Shown: positions 11,409-22,883, counted from the first letter of the stretch. The stretch is 64,000 nt of DNA from Candidatus Eiseniibacteriota bacterium (GCA_963703225.1 OY969801.1:1984001-2048000), one strand, 5' to 3'. Numbers and translations: made by a program. The notes: generated from the sequence alone by a model not told the origin.

Positions 11409-11953
11409 GGCGTGCCCTCCTTCATGGGCAGGAGCGCGGCGCGGAGCGCGGCGCGCGCTTCGTGGAGATGCCAGCGAACGGTCCCGGGCGACAGGTCGAG
11501 CATGTCGCCGATTTCGGCGCTGGAAAATCCTTCGAGATCAAAGAGACGGACGATCATTTGCTGTTTCTCGGGCAGCGCGTTCATTGCCCGATCGAGATGC
11601 CGCCTCAGTTCATTTTGTTCGAGCGCCGCCTCCGGGGACGCGTCCGCCGCCTCGTACTCCGGGGGGATCGGCTCCATCCGGCGCAGCGCTCGAGCCTTTT
11701 GGGCATTGAGCGCCCGATTCACGACGATCCGGAAGAGCCAGGGCCCGAACGGGCGCTGGGTGTCGAACGCGGCGATGTTCGTGAGCGCGGCGACGAAGGC
11801 CTCCTGCGTGAGGTCTTCGGCATCCTCCCGGTTCCGCAAAACCCGGAACGCGACGGCGAACGCGCGCCTCAAGTAGAGACGCACCACCTCGTCGAACGCC
11901 GCGAGGTCGCCGCGCTTCACGCGCTCGATGAGCTCTGCCTCGACCGGCTTCAC
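11405..11953 (-). CDS. ECF RNA polymerase sigma factor
   Basis: DAEDLTQEAF, FGPWLFRIVVN, region 4 GFSSAEIG...GTVRWHL. Confidence 0.93.
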   Translation of the reverse strand: MKPVEAELIERVKRGDLAAFDEVVRLYLRRAFAVAFRVLRNREDAEDLTQEAFVAALTNIAAFDTQRPFGPWLFRIVVNRALNAQKARALRRMEPIPPEYEAADASPEAALEQNELRRHLDRAMNALPEKQQMIVRLFDLEGFSSAEIGDMLDLSPGTVRWHLHEARAALRAALLPMKEGTP

Positions 11954-11993
11954 CAGTGGATACAGCCGGCGGCCCCCTCTCGTTGGGTGCGGG

Positions 11994-14900
11994 TCAGGCG
12001 ACGGCGGCGGGGAGGCGTTCTTCTAGCTCCGGCCGGCGGCTCCGACCCCACTTCGGGGACAGCCCGGCCCGGACCAGCCGCCGCTGGAACGCGTCGAGGT
12101 AGGTGTAGATGACCGGCGTGACGTAGAGCGTGACGAGCTGGGAGAACGCCAGCCCGCCGACCACCGCGATGCCCAGGGGCCGCCGCGACTCGGCGCCGGT
12201 GCCCAAGCCCAGCGCGATCGGGAGCGTGCCCATGAGCGCGGCCATGGTGGTCATCATGATCGGCCGGAAGCGGACCAGGCACGCCTCCACGATCGCCTCT
12301 CGGGGCGACTTCCCTTCGTTCCGCTCCGCGTCCAGGGCGAAGTCGATCATCATGATGGCGTTCTTCTTCACCAGACCGACCAGCATGATGATGCCGACGA
12401 ACGCGTAGATGCTCAGCTCGGTGCGGAAGATCATCAGGGTCAGGAGCGCGCCGAATCCGGCGAACGGGAGCCCCGAGAGGATCGTCAGCGGGTGGATGAA
12501 GCTCTCGTAGAGAATCCCGAGCACGAGGTAGATCACGAGCACCGCCAGGAGCAGAAGAAGCAGAAGGCCCTGCTGGCTCGACTGGAATACCTGCGCCGTG
12601 CCGGAGAAGCTCCCCGTGATCGACGCGGGAAGCACCTCGCGGGCCGTGCGCTGAACCACCGACACCCCCTCGCCCAGCGCGACGCCCGGCCGCAGATTGA
12701 ACGAGATCGTCACCGCCGGGATCTGCCCCATGTGGTTGACGGTCAGGGGGCCGACGGTCGGAGTCACGTGCGCCACCGCCCCCAGGGGCACCAGGCCGCC
12801 GCCCTGTGTCCCGAGATAGAGACTCTGCAGGGCCGTCTGGTCGCGCTGGAACTCGGGCAAGCAGCTCGAGGATCACCCAGTACTGATCCGTCGAGGTGAA
12901 GATCGTCGAGACCTGGCGCGAGCCATAGGCGTCATAGAGTGCCTCTTCGATCTGCTGGACCGTCACGCCCAGCGCGGCGGCGCGGTCGCGATCGATCGCG
13001 ACATAGACCTGTGGATTGGATATCTGGAGGTCGCTCGTCACGTCCTGCAGCTCGGGCGCGTTCTTGAGCCGCGCGGTGAGATCGTTCGCCCCGCCGTAGA
13101 GGGACTCCAGATCGGGACCCTGGAGGGAGTACTGGTACTGGCTCTTGGAGATCCGCCCCCCGACGTTGATCACCGGCGGGTTCTGGAGGAAGACCCGGAT
13201 CCCCGGCACCTGCGCCACCTTGGGCTGAAGGTCGCGGATCACACGGTCGGCCGATTTCCTGCGCTCGGGCTTTGGCTTGAGCCGGATGATGAGCCGACCT
13301 TGATTGGTCGAGGAGACCCCGCCTCCCGATGCCACGGACGACATGAACGACTCCACGTCCGGATTCTTGGCCACGATCGCGGCGATCGCTCTCTGGTGCT
13401 CCACCATCGCGTCGAAGGACGTTCCCTCCGCTGTTTCCGTCGTCGCGATGATCCGGCCGGTGTCCTCGCTCGGAATGAACCCCTTGGGCACCGTCCGGAA
13501 TAGGAGCACGGTCCCAACCAGGATGCCGAGCGAGAAGACCATGGTCGCCCGCCGGTGGTCCATGACCCAGCCCAGCGTGCGTCGGTAGAGGCCGAGCGTG
13601 TTCTGATAGACACGCTCGATCGCCTCGTAGGTCCGGCCGTGCTTCCGAGACACGTCGTGCCGAAGAAATCGGCTGCAGAGCATCGGCGTCAGGGTCAACG
13701 AGACGACCCCCGACACCAATATGGCCGCGCTGATCGTCACCGCGAATTCGTGGAACAGCCGCCCGAGCAGGCCGCCCATGAGAAGCACGGGAATGAAGAC
13801 CGCGACCAAGGAGAGGGTCATGGAAATGATGGTGAAGCCGATCTCGCGGGAGCCGTCGAGGGCGGCGCGGAGCGCGGGCTTTCCCTGCTCCATGTGGCGG
13901 TGGATGTTTTCGAGCATGACGATCGCGTCGTCCACGACAAACCCTACCGAGAGCGTCAGGGCCATCAGGGAGAGGTTGTCCAGGCTGTAACCGAGCTGGT
14001 GCATGACCGCGAACGTCCCCACGACGGAGAGCGGGAGCGAGAGGCTGGGGATGACCGTCGCCGCCACGTTGCGCAGGAAGAGGAAGATCACCATGACGAC
14101 GAGGGCCAAGGTCAGAAGCAGCGTGAACTGCACGTCCACCACGGAGTGGCGAATCGAGACGGAGCGGTCGTACAGCGTATGGATCGAGATCGAGGCGGGC
14201 AGCTGGGGACGCACCTGCTCGAGAAGCCCCTGCACGGCGTCCGCCACCTGGACGGTGTTGGTGCCGGGCTGGCGTTGGATCGCGAGCGTGATGGCGCGCT
14301 GATCTTTGAACCAAGCCGCGACCCGGTTGTTCTGGACGTCGTCTTTGACCACGCCGAGATCTTTGAGCCGCACCGGGGCGCCCTCCCGGTACGCCACCAC
14401 CAGGTCTCCGAACTCCTTCGCGTTCTTGAGCTGTCCGCTGGCCATGACGGTGGCCGACCGGCTCTTTCCCCAGAGGATGCCGGTCGGCAAGTTCGCGTTC
14501 GCGGCCTGGATCGCGTCGCTCACCTCGCCGATCGCGATCCCGCGGGACGAAAGCGCCCGGGGGTCGAGCTGGATGCGGACCGCGTACTTCTGCGCCCCGA
14601 ACACCGAAACCTGCGCCACGCCCTCGACCATGGAGAGCCGCTGGGCCAAGGTGTTCTCGGCGTATTCGTCGAGCTGCGAGAGGGAGAGCATCTTCGAGGT
14701 CAGCACCAAGAACAGGATCGGCTGGTCCGCCGGATTCACTTTCTGGTAGGAGGGCGGCGTGATCCCGCTCGGCAGCGAGCGGAGCGTCTTCGTGATCGCG
14801 GCCTGGACGTCCTGGGCCGCGGCGTCGATGTCGCGGTTCAGCGCGAACTGGAGCGTGATCGAGGTGCTCCCCTGGCTGCTCGAGGAGGTCATGGCGTCGA

Positions 14901-15129
14901 TCCCGGCGATCGTCGTGAATTGCTTCTCGAGCGGAGTGGCCACGGCCGAAGCCATCGTCTCGGGGCTCGCCCCGGGCAGGTTCGCGCTGACGGAGATGAC
15001 CGGATAGTCGACGTTCGGAAGATCGCTCACCGGCAGGAGCCGGTACCCGACGACGCCAAAGATGAGGATCCCCGCCATGACCAGCGTCGTCATGATCGGT
15101 CTCCTGATGAAGATTCCGGAGAGGTTCAT
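11994..15129 (-). CDS. RND efflux permease (MdtB/MdtC-like, HAE1); one frameshift near 12860
   Basis: MNLSGIFIRRPI start, GFVVDDAIVMLENI, GLVKKNAIMMIDFA, RFRPIMMTT; ORFs 11950..15825 and 11994..12860 joined. Confidence 0.9.
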
Positions 15130-16271
15130 TCGTCGCTCCCGATCGACGCGCGGACGGAGACCTTGGCGCCCGCCGAGAGCCGGAGCTGGCCGTCGGTCAC
15201 CACCGACTCCCCGGCCTTGAGGCCGATCGCCACGATCGCGACATCGTCGGACACCCGATCGACCTTCACAGGTCTCGGCGTCACCGTGGAGTCCGGATTC
15301 ATGACGTAGACGTACGATCCCTGTTGCCCCACCGAAACGGCCCGGGCCGGGACGGTAAGCGCACGCGGCACGACATAGAGGACCAGGCGGACGTCGACGA
15401 ACTGCCCCGGTACGAGCCGGCCGTCCCGGTTGGGAAACTCGGCCTTGAGGAGCAGCGTGCCGCTCACGGGGTCGACCGCGTTGTCCACGAAGACGAGCCT
15501 TCCTTGGATCGCGCTCGTGGAATCGCCGTCCAGGCGGATCTCGACGCGCGGATTCTCCGCACGGTGGCGCTGAAGAAGCGGAACGTTCCGGTCCGGCACC
15601 GTGAACCGGACGCGGATCGGGTGGGGCTGAATGATCGTGACCAAGGGATCGCTGGTCGCGGCCTTCACATAGTCGCCTTCGTGGACCAGGAGGCGGCCCG
15701 ACCGGCCCGAGATCGGGGCCCGGATCGCGGAGTACTCGAGATTGAGCTTCGCCAAATCGGCGGCCGCGGAATCGGCTCGGACGGTCGCGGCCATGGCCTC
15801 GGCGTCCGCCCGGCTTTGATCCCACTCCGACTGGGAGAGCATGTTCTGGGCGAAGAGACTCTTCGCCCGCTCGGCTTCGAGGCGCGAGGTCTCGGCGCGG
15901 GATCGGTCTCGTGAGAGCGCGGCGAGCGCCTGGTCCAACGCGGCCTGGAAGGGCCTGGGGTCGAGTTGGATCAGGAGCTGCCCTGCCCCGACGTCGTCGC
16001 CCTCTCGGAACGCGACGCCCTGGACCGTGCCGCCCACCTGGGAGCCGACGGCGGCGGTCCGGATGGCCTCCACCGTGCCGGTCGAGCTGAGCGCGAAGGG
16101 GACCGCCCCCTCCACCGCCGCGGCGACCGTCACCGGCACGCGGGCGTTTCGGGGTGCCGGCTTGGTCCCGCAGCCGAGAACGGAGCCAAGCAGCAGAAGT
16201 CCCAGCGGCAGGGCGATCCGGCGGCTGGCGCCCAGCCGGGCGCGCAGCAGCTCCGTGACCCGGTCACGCAT
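15126..16271 (-). CDS. RND periplasmic adaptor (MFP, MdtA-like), probable lipoprotein
   Basis: VLGC lipobox, IRAPISGR, VDNAVDPVSGT, LVPGQFV, VVTDGQ; start uncertain (16271, 16319 or 16391). Confidence 0.9.
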   Translation of the reverse strand: MRDRVTELLRARLGASRRIALPLGLLLLGSVLGCGTKPAPRNARVPVTVAAAVEGAVPFALSSTGTVEAIRTAAVGSQVGGTVQGVAFREGDDVGAGQLLIQLDPRPFQAALDQALAALSRDRSRAETSRLEAERAKSLFAQNMLSQSEWDQSRADAEAMAATVRADSAAADLAKLNLEYSAIRAPISGRSGRLLVHEGDYVKAATSDPLVTIIQPHPIRVRFTVPDRNVPLLQRHRAENPRVEIRLDGDSTSAIQGRLVFVDNAVDPVSGTLLLKAEFPNRDGRLVPGQFVDVRLVLYVVPRALTVPARAVSVGQQGSYVYVMNPDSTVTPRPVKVDRVSDDVAIVAIGLKAGESVVTDGQLRLSAGAKVSVRASIGSDE

Positions 16272-16416
16272 AATTAGAGCTACAGTCCCCGTGGGGAATC
16301 CGTTGGTTGGAGAGGACATCGGAGCTCGGCGAGGCTCGGCCGGTCTCGATCGGATGGTCTGATGATGCCCCACCCCAGGGGGTTTCTTCAAGGGCGGGGC
16401 GGTGCCGCGGGCGAAG

Positions 16417-17661
16417 CTAGAAGTAGGCGGCGGTGGTCACCGTGACGCCGGCCTTCGGCGTCTCGTTGTTGAATCGGTCGCGCGCCAGCTCGTAGTACCA
16501 GCCGAGGCGCACCACGCCGATGGGAAGTCGGTGAAAGTTGAGGCTGGTGGAGAGGCGCGATCGCGAATCTCCGAGAATCGCCCGGTCGAAATCGACCGCG
16601 TCCACCCGAAGCGCGGCCGTGAGCCGGGTCCGGCCCCAGCTCTTTCGGATCGGCTCGAAGAGCTTCCGGGTCACCTCCACCGAGGCGCCCCACTGCCGCT
16701 CCGCGAAGATCGTCCCGAGTCCAGGCGGCACGTCGACGATCGCGATCGCCGCCTCGCTGAAGAGGCCAAAGCCCCCGAGGCTACCGGTCCCGTCGGCGAC
16801 CACGACGTGGACGTAGCGGGGATTGTCCACCGTGATGCCCCCGAGCACCGTCTCGTTGTAGCGGCCGCTCTGGGCGGCCAGGCCGAGCTCGGTCGCGGTG
16901 GAGGGATGGAGGGCGAGGCGCCCGACGAGGGCCGGAACTCCGTTATTGTCGCCGTAATTGTTGCGGCCCGCCGGAACCCTCGTTCCGCCGACTGCGTCCA
17001 TGATCAGGCCGTCGTCGTACCCCGTGACGGCGTCCGCCTCCCACGAGAGAGGCCAGCCGCCGATCTTCCCCATGATGCCCCGGACCCCGACGCCGAGCTG
17101 CGGATTCGGAACGCCGATGATCTGCGTCGCCGGAAGGGAGCGCTCCGCGAATTCGTAGACCGGCGCCTCATGGGTCAGGTTCGTGCGCCCCAGCGGGACG
17201 AGGAACACGCCGGCGTGGAGCTGCAGGTCGCGCCGGACCAGGGCCCGGACCTCGAGCTGTTCCATGCTGAAATCGTTGGTGCCTTGATCCCAAGCCCCTT
17301 CCCCGAGGACATGGATCCGAGAGCTGACCCGCACCGAGAGGAAGCCGCCCACTCGGCCGACCGAGAACCACTCGGGATCGGTGACGCCCCGAACTCGGTC
17401 CTCGGCGAAGCGGAGCTCGCCCTGACCGCCCCAGGCGATGCCGCGGAGATCCCCGTGATAGGCCCCCTGACGGTCGTTCCACGGCGAATCCTCATTGTCG
17501 ACGGGCGACGCGACCGGCGGCGGCGCCGGACCTGGACGGGTCGCCGGGTGCTTCGCGGTGCCTCCCGCGGGACGAGCGGGAGCGTCGCTCGCGAACGCGG
17601 ATCCGCCCTCGCCGAGAATCGCCGCTGCGACGATTCCAAGAATCAACGCGCGCGCGCTCAC
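16417..17661 (-). CDS. Outer-membrane beta-barrel/porin (OprO/OprP-like)
   Basis: Signal peptide, AGVFLVPLGRTNLTHEAP motif, amphipathic strands, C-terminal aromatic ...AAYF; GTGA overlap with the upstream stop. Confidence 0.6.
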   Translation of the reverse strand: MSARALILGIVAAAILGEGGSAFASDAPARPAGGTAKHPATRPGPAPPPVASPVDNEDSPWNDRQGAYHGDLRGIAWGGQGELRFAEDRVRGVTDPEWFSVGRVGGFLSVRVSSRIHVLGEGAWDQGTNDFSMEQLEVRALVRRDLQLHAGVFLVPLGRTNLTHEAPVYEFAERSLPATQIIGVPNPQLGVGVRGIMGKIGGWPLSWEADAVTGYDDGLIMDAVGGTRVPAGRNNYGDNNGVPALVGRLALHPSTATELGLAAQSGRYNETVLGGITVDNPRYVHVVVADGTGSLGGFGLFSEAAIAIVDVPPGLGTIFAERQWGASVEVTRKLFEPIRKSWGRTRLTAALRVDAVDFDRAILGDSRSRLSTSLNFHRLPIGVVRLGWYYELARDRFNNETPKAGVTVTTAAYF

Positions 17662-18912
17662 CGAGACTCCACGAAGTCGATGAGCGCCGCCTGGTCCGCG
17701 GACGACATGGCCAGGAACGCGTCGCGGGCCGACGTGGCTTCGCCGCCATGGAGACGGATCGCTTCGTCCACGGAGTGGGCACGCCCGTCGTGTAGGAGGA
17801 GGAGAGTACCGTTCAGGAACTCGCGCGCGATCCGCATTCCCCAGAGGGGCGCCGTCCTCCACTCCCGTCCGTCCGCGCTTCCATCGGGGCGATTGTCCGC
17901 GAGCGCGTCCCCCAGATCGTGGAGCAGCAGGTCGGAGTAGAGGGTCACGTCCCGGTTGGCGACCGCGTCGATCTCATGCGGCCCGGTATGCATCGTAGGC
18001 ACGTGGCACTTCACGCACTGCGCCGATGTGAAGAGGGCCTGGCCCTGGCGACGAGCATCGGTCCACTCGCCCGGCGTCGGCGGATTCAGCATCCGCATGT
18101 ACTGCATGACGTCGTTCACCGGTCCGTCGCCCACCTCGGGATCGGAGACGCGGTCGGGGTTCGGAAGCCCGGGCGGCGTGAGCGGGTTCAGATTCTCCGC
18201 CGATAGGGCGCTCGACGTGACGCCCATGTCCTGGGAGTAGGCCACCACGGTCTGCTGGAAGAGGGAGGAGACCTGAGCCTTGCGGCCAAAGCGCCCCACC
18301 CGCGGGCCGGGTCCACCCCCGGGCTCGGTGGCGGGAACGTAGGGGGGCGGCGTGACGAGATTCGCGCGCCCTGAGATTCCATCCCCGTCGGAGTCGCTCG
18401 GATCTTCGTGCGACAGGATTGTCGAGTCGGTGATCGCTTCGATCAGGCCGACGCCAAAGACCGGCGGAGGCATCCGCAGCGAGACGTCGACGCCGGCCGG
18501 GAGCTGCTCGGCCACCGCGCCGGGAATCGCCCGATCCTGGATCTGCGGCCCTCCTTCGCCCGGGACCAAATCTGTGCCCCTGCTGAAGCGGACGAGGATG
18601 TTCTCGGTCGTTCCCCGGCCGTCCCCGCTGTGGCACGAAGCGCAGGAGACGTTGTTGAAGATCGGGCCCAATCCTTCCGAGATCGTGAAGGACTTGCGAA
18701 ACTGGACCTGCCCGTCCTGAAAGTCGCCCAGCTCGCCGTTGTCCAAGCCCTCCATCGGCTGGTCGAACCGGTCTCCGAGCGCGGGAGGGCTCGTCAGGAG
18801 CTTGTCGCATCCCATCGCGTACAGCGCCAGCACGCAAATCGCAACGGCCGCGAGATCGAAGCCCCGCCGGGTTGTGCGGCGCCGTGCACCGCGCGCACCG
18901 TTTTGGCGCCAT
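17658..18912 (-). CDS. Di-haem oxidoreductase (DHOR-type, bCcP/MauG-superfamily-related) lipoprotein
   Basis: GLGPIFNNVSCASCH and CVKCH haem motifs, GRFGRKA, YSDLLLHDLG, WRTAPLWG, LLHDGRA; LYAMGC lipobox; true start uncertain (in-frame starts at 18980-19019, or ATG 18912 with a frameshift). Confidence 0.85.
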
Positions 18913-19144
18913 GGCTGGAAAGGCTCTATTTCTCTAAATGATTTATTCAAAATAGAATGAGCCATCTTCCTAATGTTCATGATCATACCCCCGGTGGGAA
19001 CCCACCCTTGTTCAGGCAAGAGGTGGGCCAGGTGGATCGGCCCGGATATTGCTCATCTTCAGACGGCGGGGAATGCCGCGCGCCGTCGGGGCCGCGGCTG
19101 AATCGATCCACACGCAAGAATTCCGAAGGGAAGGAGCACTGACC

Positions 19145-19723
19145 ATGAAGACGCTATCGCAGGCTTTGCGTCTCGCGATGCCGCTCGTCGTCGCGCTGGT
19201 CTCGGCGCCGGCTCCGGCGGCGGCCGATCAGCTGGCGCCTGGATCCATCGAGTTCGCGCCGACCGTCACGTTCAGCCACCAGAATTTCAAGCGGGAGGGA
19301 TACGGGAACGTCGAGACCTCGACGAGGCTCGACCTCACGCCGACCGTGGGGTTCGTTGTCTCGCGCCACTACGAGGTGACCGCGGCGGTCCTGGCTCGCC
19401 ATCAATCGGACAACGGGAACAGCGACACGGCCCTGGGCGCGTCGGCGGGCCTGATCTACAACTTCTCGGCGACCGGGGGCGTCATCCCGTTCGCGAGCTT
19501 CGGCTTTGGGGCTCTCTTCTACGACGGCTTCTCCTTCGATGAGACGGCCGTGCTCGCGCCCATGGTCGGCGGCGGCGCGCGCATCCTGGTCGGCTCGAAC
19601 GCGGCGGTGAACTTCAACCTCGGTTACCAGCACGAGGCCAACGCCGACGGTGAATTCAACGCGAGCGCGAACCGGGTGGTCGCCGGCGTGGGCGTCTCCC
19701 TCTTCCCCTGGCAGAGGAAGTAG
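19145..19723 (+). CDS. Small outer-membrane beta-barrel protein (8-strand OmpA/OmpW-like)
   Basis: AAGGAG RBS, signal peptide ending APAAA, alternating strands, ends GVGVSLF. Confidence 0.7.
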   Translation: MKTLSQALRLAMPLVVALVSAPAPAAADQLAPGSIEFAPTVTFSHQNFKREGYGNVETSTRLDLTPTVGFVVSRHYEVTAAVLARHQSDNGNSDTALGASAGLIYNFSATGGVIPFASFGFGALFYDGFSFDETAVLAPMVGGGARILVGSNAAVNFNLGYQHEANADGEFNASANRVVAGVGVSLFPWQRK

Positions 19724-19791
19724 GGGGAACCGAGAACCTTCGCGAGGGGAAGTAGCGGCCGGTGCCTAGCGGCGCCGGTCCGGGCCAACGG

Positions 19792-20976
19792 CTAGCGCGC
19801 CCGGATCGCGGTATCCAGGCGCTCGATGTCGGCGAGCTCGTTGTAGATCTGGGCCGAGACGCGTACCCAGAGCCGCCCGCGCCGGGCGTGTAGCTCCACC
19901 TCGATGCGATCTTCGTAGAGGAGCGCATCCCGTAGCCGAGCCGCGTCCTCCCGTGTGGACCCCATCCGCTCGTGGAGCGGGATCGTCACCATCGAGCCCA
20001 CCATCGACTCCGGCATTCCAAGCTGGGTCCCCCAACGATCGCTCAAGAGCCGCGCCGCCCCCCAGGCGAGCGCGTGATTGTGGTCCCGAATCGCGTCGAC
20101 TCCCAGGCGACGCATGTACGCGATCGCGTCGGGTGCTACGAGAAAGGCCGAGGGATCTCGAGTACCGAGTAGGTCAAACTCCGCGTGTAGCCCCTGGTCG
20201 AGCCCCCACGAGATCACCGTCGGGTGGAGCCCCTCTCGCCGAGCCGGCGCCACCCAGAGAAATGCCGACGAGCGAGGTGTGAACGCCCACTTGTGCAGGT
20301 TGGCGTAGTACCAGTCGACGCCCAGAGACGGAATGTCGAGTGGAATGGCCCCCGGCGCGTGGGCTCCGTCCACCAGGATCGGAATCCCCCTCGCATGAAA
20401 GCGCTCGGCGATTTCCCGGACCGGGAGGATCAGCGCGCTCTCGGAGGTGATGTGGTCGACGAGGAGAAGGCGCGTGCGCGGGCCGATGGCGGCCACGACG
20501 GCGTCGGCCACCGAGCCGGGATCGACCACGGGATAGGGAAGCTCGACGATTCGCACCGTGGCCCCTCGCTCGCGGGCGGCGAACTTGGCCGCGTTCAAGA
20601 CCCCGCCGTAGGTGTGATCGGTGAGGAGAATTTCGTCTCCGGTCTTCAGGGGTAGCGAGCGGAGCACGGCGTTCGCGCCCGCGGTGGCGTTGTCGACGAA
20701 GACGAGGTCGTCGCCGCTCGCGCCCACAAACTCCGCCACGGCCCCCGCGGCGACGCGGATGCGGGGTGGATCGGTCCGCGGCATTCCGACGATGATCCCG
20801 GTCAGCTCTCGGAGCAGGAACTGGGACGGCCGCCGCTCGATCTCGTCGCGAATCTCCTGCTGCTTGGCGAGCACCCAACGCGGCGCCGCCCCGACGGTCC
20901 CGTGATTCAGGTAGATCGTTTCGGGATCGAGCGCCCACTCCTCGATCCGATGGCGGCCGAACTGCGGCGATCTCAC
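19792..20976 (-). CDS. Class V PLP enzyme (isopenicillin N epimerase/EgtE-like C-S lyase family)
   Basis: YLNHGTVG, DHITS, VDGAHAPG, NLHKW (PLP Lys), RVSAQIYN; GTGA overlap. Confidence 0.85.
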   Translation of the reverse strand: MRSPQFGRHRIEEWALDPETIYLNHGTVGAAPRWVLAKQQEIRDEIERRPSQFLLRELTGIIVGMPRTDPPRIRVAAGAVAEFVGASGDDLVFVDNATAGANAVLRSLPLKTGDEILLTDHTYGGVLNAAKFAARERGATVRIVELPYPVVDPGSVADAVVAAIGPRTRLLLVDHITSESALILPVREIAERFHARGIPILVDGAHAPGAIPLDIPSLGVDWYYANLHKWAFTPRSSAFLWVAPARREGLHPTVISWGLDQGLHAEFDLLGTRDPSAFLVAPDAIAYMRRLGVDAIRDHNHALAWGAARLLSDRWGTQLGMPESMVGSMVTIPLHERMGSTREDAARLRDALLYEDRIEVELHARRGRLWVRVSAQIYNELADIERLDTAIRAR

Positions 20977-22883
20977 CAGAGCGAATCCGAAACGGCCGGA
21001 GCCGTCACCCGCCTCGCCTCGCTCCCCTGCCTCAGCCAGCGGAGGAGCGCCTCGGCTTCCCAGTCGCCGGGCTTCAATCCAAGGAGCCGTCGCGCGAATC
21101 GAATCGTGGCGTCTCGTCGATTCTGGAGCGCGAGCGTTCGCATCACGGCGCGCACAGCGGCCGTGTCGGCGGGCGAGACACCCAGGGACTGCAAGACTGG
21201 CCCATCGATGTCCCGGCGCGACGGGTTTGCCAAGAACTCGGTGGCCGCCAGGATCGCGTCCTCGCGGGCGATCGATTGTGTCTCCGAAAGCAGAGACGCC
21301 GCGTCGCGGTCCCGTCCGTCGGAAAGCAGGAGCGCGCCGGCCAATCGGCGATTCAGCGCGGCGACATATCCATCCGGGGCGTACATCGAGAGGAGAATCT
21401 GGATGGCCCGATCGATGTTTCCGGTCGCCGCGAGCCCCTGGGCATACGCGCGAAGCGTCGCGCCGTATTCGTAGGTGCTCGAATCGGCGGCCAGAGGTCT
21501 CGCGGCGAGCGTCTGTGTGTCGATTTCGTGGAGGCTCAGATCGGGCGCGACCCAGGCCAGGTGCTCCGACGGCGGATGGGGCCGGCGCCACTCGGGGCGC
21601 ATCGTGTCGATCGAGGGGTCGCGGTACCAGAGGCGGAGCGCCTGAAACCGGAAGAGGTGGAGCGGGACCGCCGGATCCTTGGGCGTGTAGACCGAAAGAT
21701 AGACATGGGTCGGCGTTTCCATGCGTGGGATGCGCGCCCGGATCGCGGCCTCGACCTTCCGGATTCGATCCATCGGAGGTCTCAGATTCCGCTCGGTGAG
21801 GACCTCCGAGCCGAGATCCATCCCACGGCACCAGATCCCCAGACAGAGAAAGACGAGGCAGACTCCCGCGGCCGCCGCCCACGGGAGGCGAGAGAGCGCC
21901 AACGCCAGCAGCATGCTCGTTCCGATCGCGGCCAGCGCCAGGTAGTAGGGCTGCCAGTTGTGCACCAGAACGCTGATCAATAGGAGCGGCGGAACGGCCA
22001 AAAGGAGCGCCCAGGCGACAACCCGCGTGGTGGAGACACGGCTCCCGCTCCCGTCGGGTGCCCGCCACGCCTTCCAGACGCCGATGACGACGAGCGCCGC
22101 GGCGATCAAGAGCGTCGTGTTCAGCTCTTCGGGCCAGACCGTGCCCGCTCCCGGGATGGCCACGTTGAACAGCGTCGCCACTCCCTTCCCCAGCGAACCC
22201 CATCGGTCCGCGCTCTGGATCGTCAGGTAGGCGACACCCGGATTGTCACTTTCCATTCCCCCCGCGAGGAGGCGACGGACGCCCGGGTGCGCGGCGGCCC
22301 ACGCCACGACGAGGAGACCATAGGCGGCGAGATTGGCAGCCAGGCGGCGAGGCGTTTCGCGGCCGAGCCACCGCGCCAGCGCGATCGCGGGTACGAGCGC
22401 GACAGCCGTCTCCTTCGAGAGGAGCGCGCACGCGGTCGCCGCGAGCGCCAGCACCGTCCGTCCGGAAAGCTCCGCGCGGAGCGCCGTCAGGACGAACGCG
22501 ATCGCCAAGAGATCCTGGCAGCCGCTGGTCCATCCCACGATGACCGGAGCCGCCCCCAGGCTCGCGAACGCGACGGCCCCGGCCAATCCCGCGCGGACCC
22601 CGAGGAGCTTGGTCAGGATCGATCCGAGGAGAGCCACCGAGAGAACCAGAATGGCCGCGTTGGCGACCCGCCCCCAGATCGGATGATTGGGGTCGAGCGC
22701 GTAGAGGATGCCGAAGTAGATCTCCCTCGAGATCGGTCGGTAGAAGAGCAAATTCGGGTCAGGGAGGAGCTGGCTCGGGCGAAAACTCTGCGCCCTGCCC
22801 AGAAAGTCGTAGTCATCGAAGAGGTAGGTGAACGAGAACGTCGGAAGCGCGAGCACCACCGCGAGGCCGGCCGGGATGATCAT
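20973..22883 (-). CDS. Multi-pass membrane protein, GT-C/PMT-like, with a helical C-terminal domain
   Basis: FDDY loop, FYRP, LLSKET motifs; about 10 TM segments. Confidence 0.55.
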   Translation of the reverse strand: MIIPAGLAVVLALPTFSFTYLFDDYDFLGRAQSFRPSQLLPDPNLLFYRPISREIYFGILYALDPNHPIWGRVANAAILVLSVALLGSILTKLLGVRAGLAGAVAFASLGAAPVIVGWTSGCQDLLAIAFVLTALRAELSGRTVLALAATACALLSKETAVALVPAIALARWLGRETPRRLAANLAAYGLLVVAWAAAHPGVRRLLAGGMESDNPGVAYLTIQSADRWGSLGKGVATLFNVAIPGAGTVWPEELNTTLLIAAALVVIGVWKAWRAPDGSGSRVSTTRVVAWALLLAVPPLLLISVLVHNWQPYYLALAAIGTSMLLALALSRLPWAAAAGVCLVFLCLGIWCRGMDLGSEVLTERNLRPPMDRIRKVEAAIRARIPRMETPTHVYLSVYTPKDPAVPLHLFRFQALRLWYRDPSIDTMRPEWRRPHPPSEHLAWVAPDLSLHEIDTQTLAARPLAADSSTYEYGATLRAYAQGLAATGNIDRAIQILLSMYAPDGYVAALNRRLAGALLLSDGRDRDAASLLSETQSIAREDAILAATEFLANPSRRDIDGPVLQSLGVSPADTAAVRAVMRTLALQNRRDATIRFARRLLGLKPGDWEAEALLRWLRQGSEARRVTAPAVSDSLW

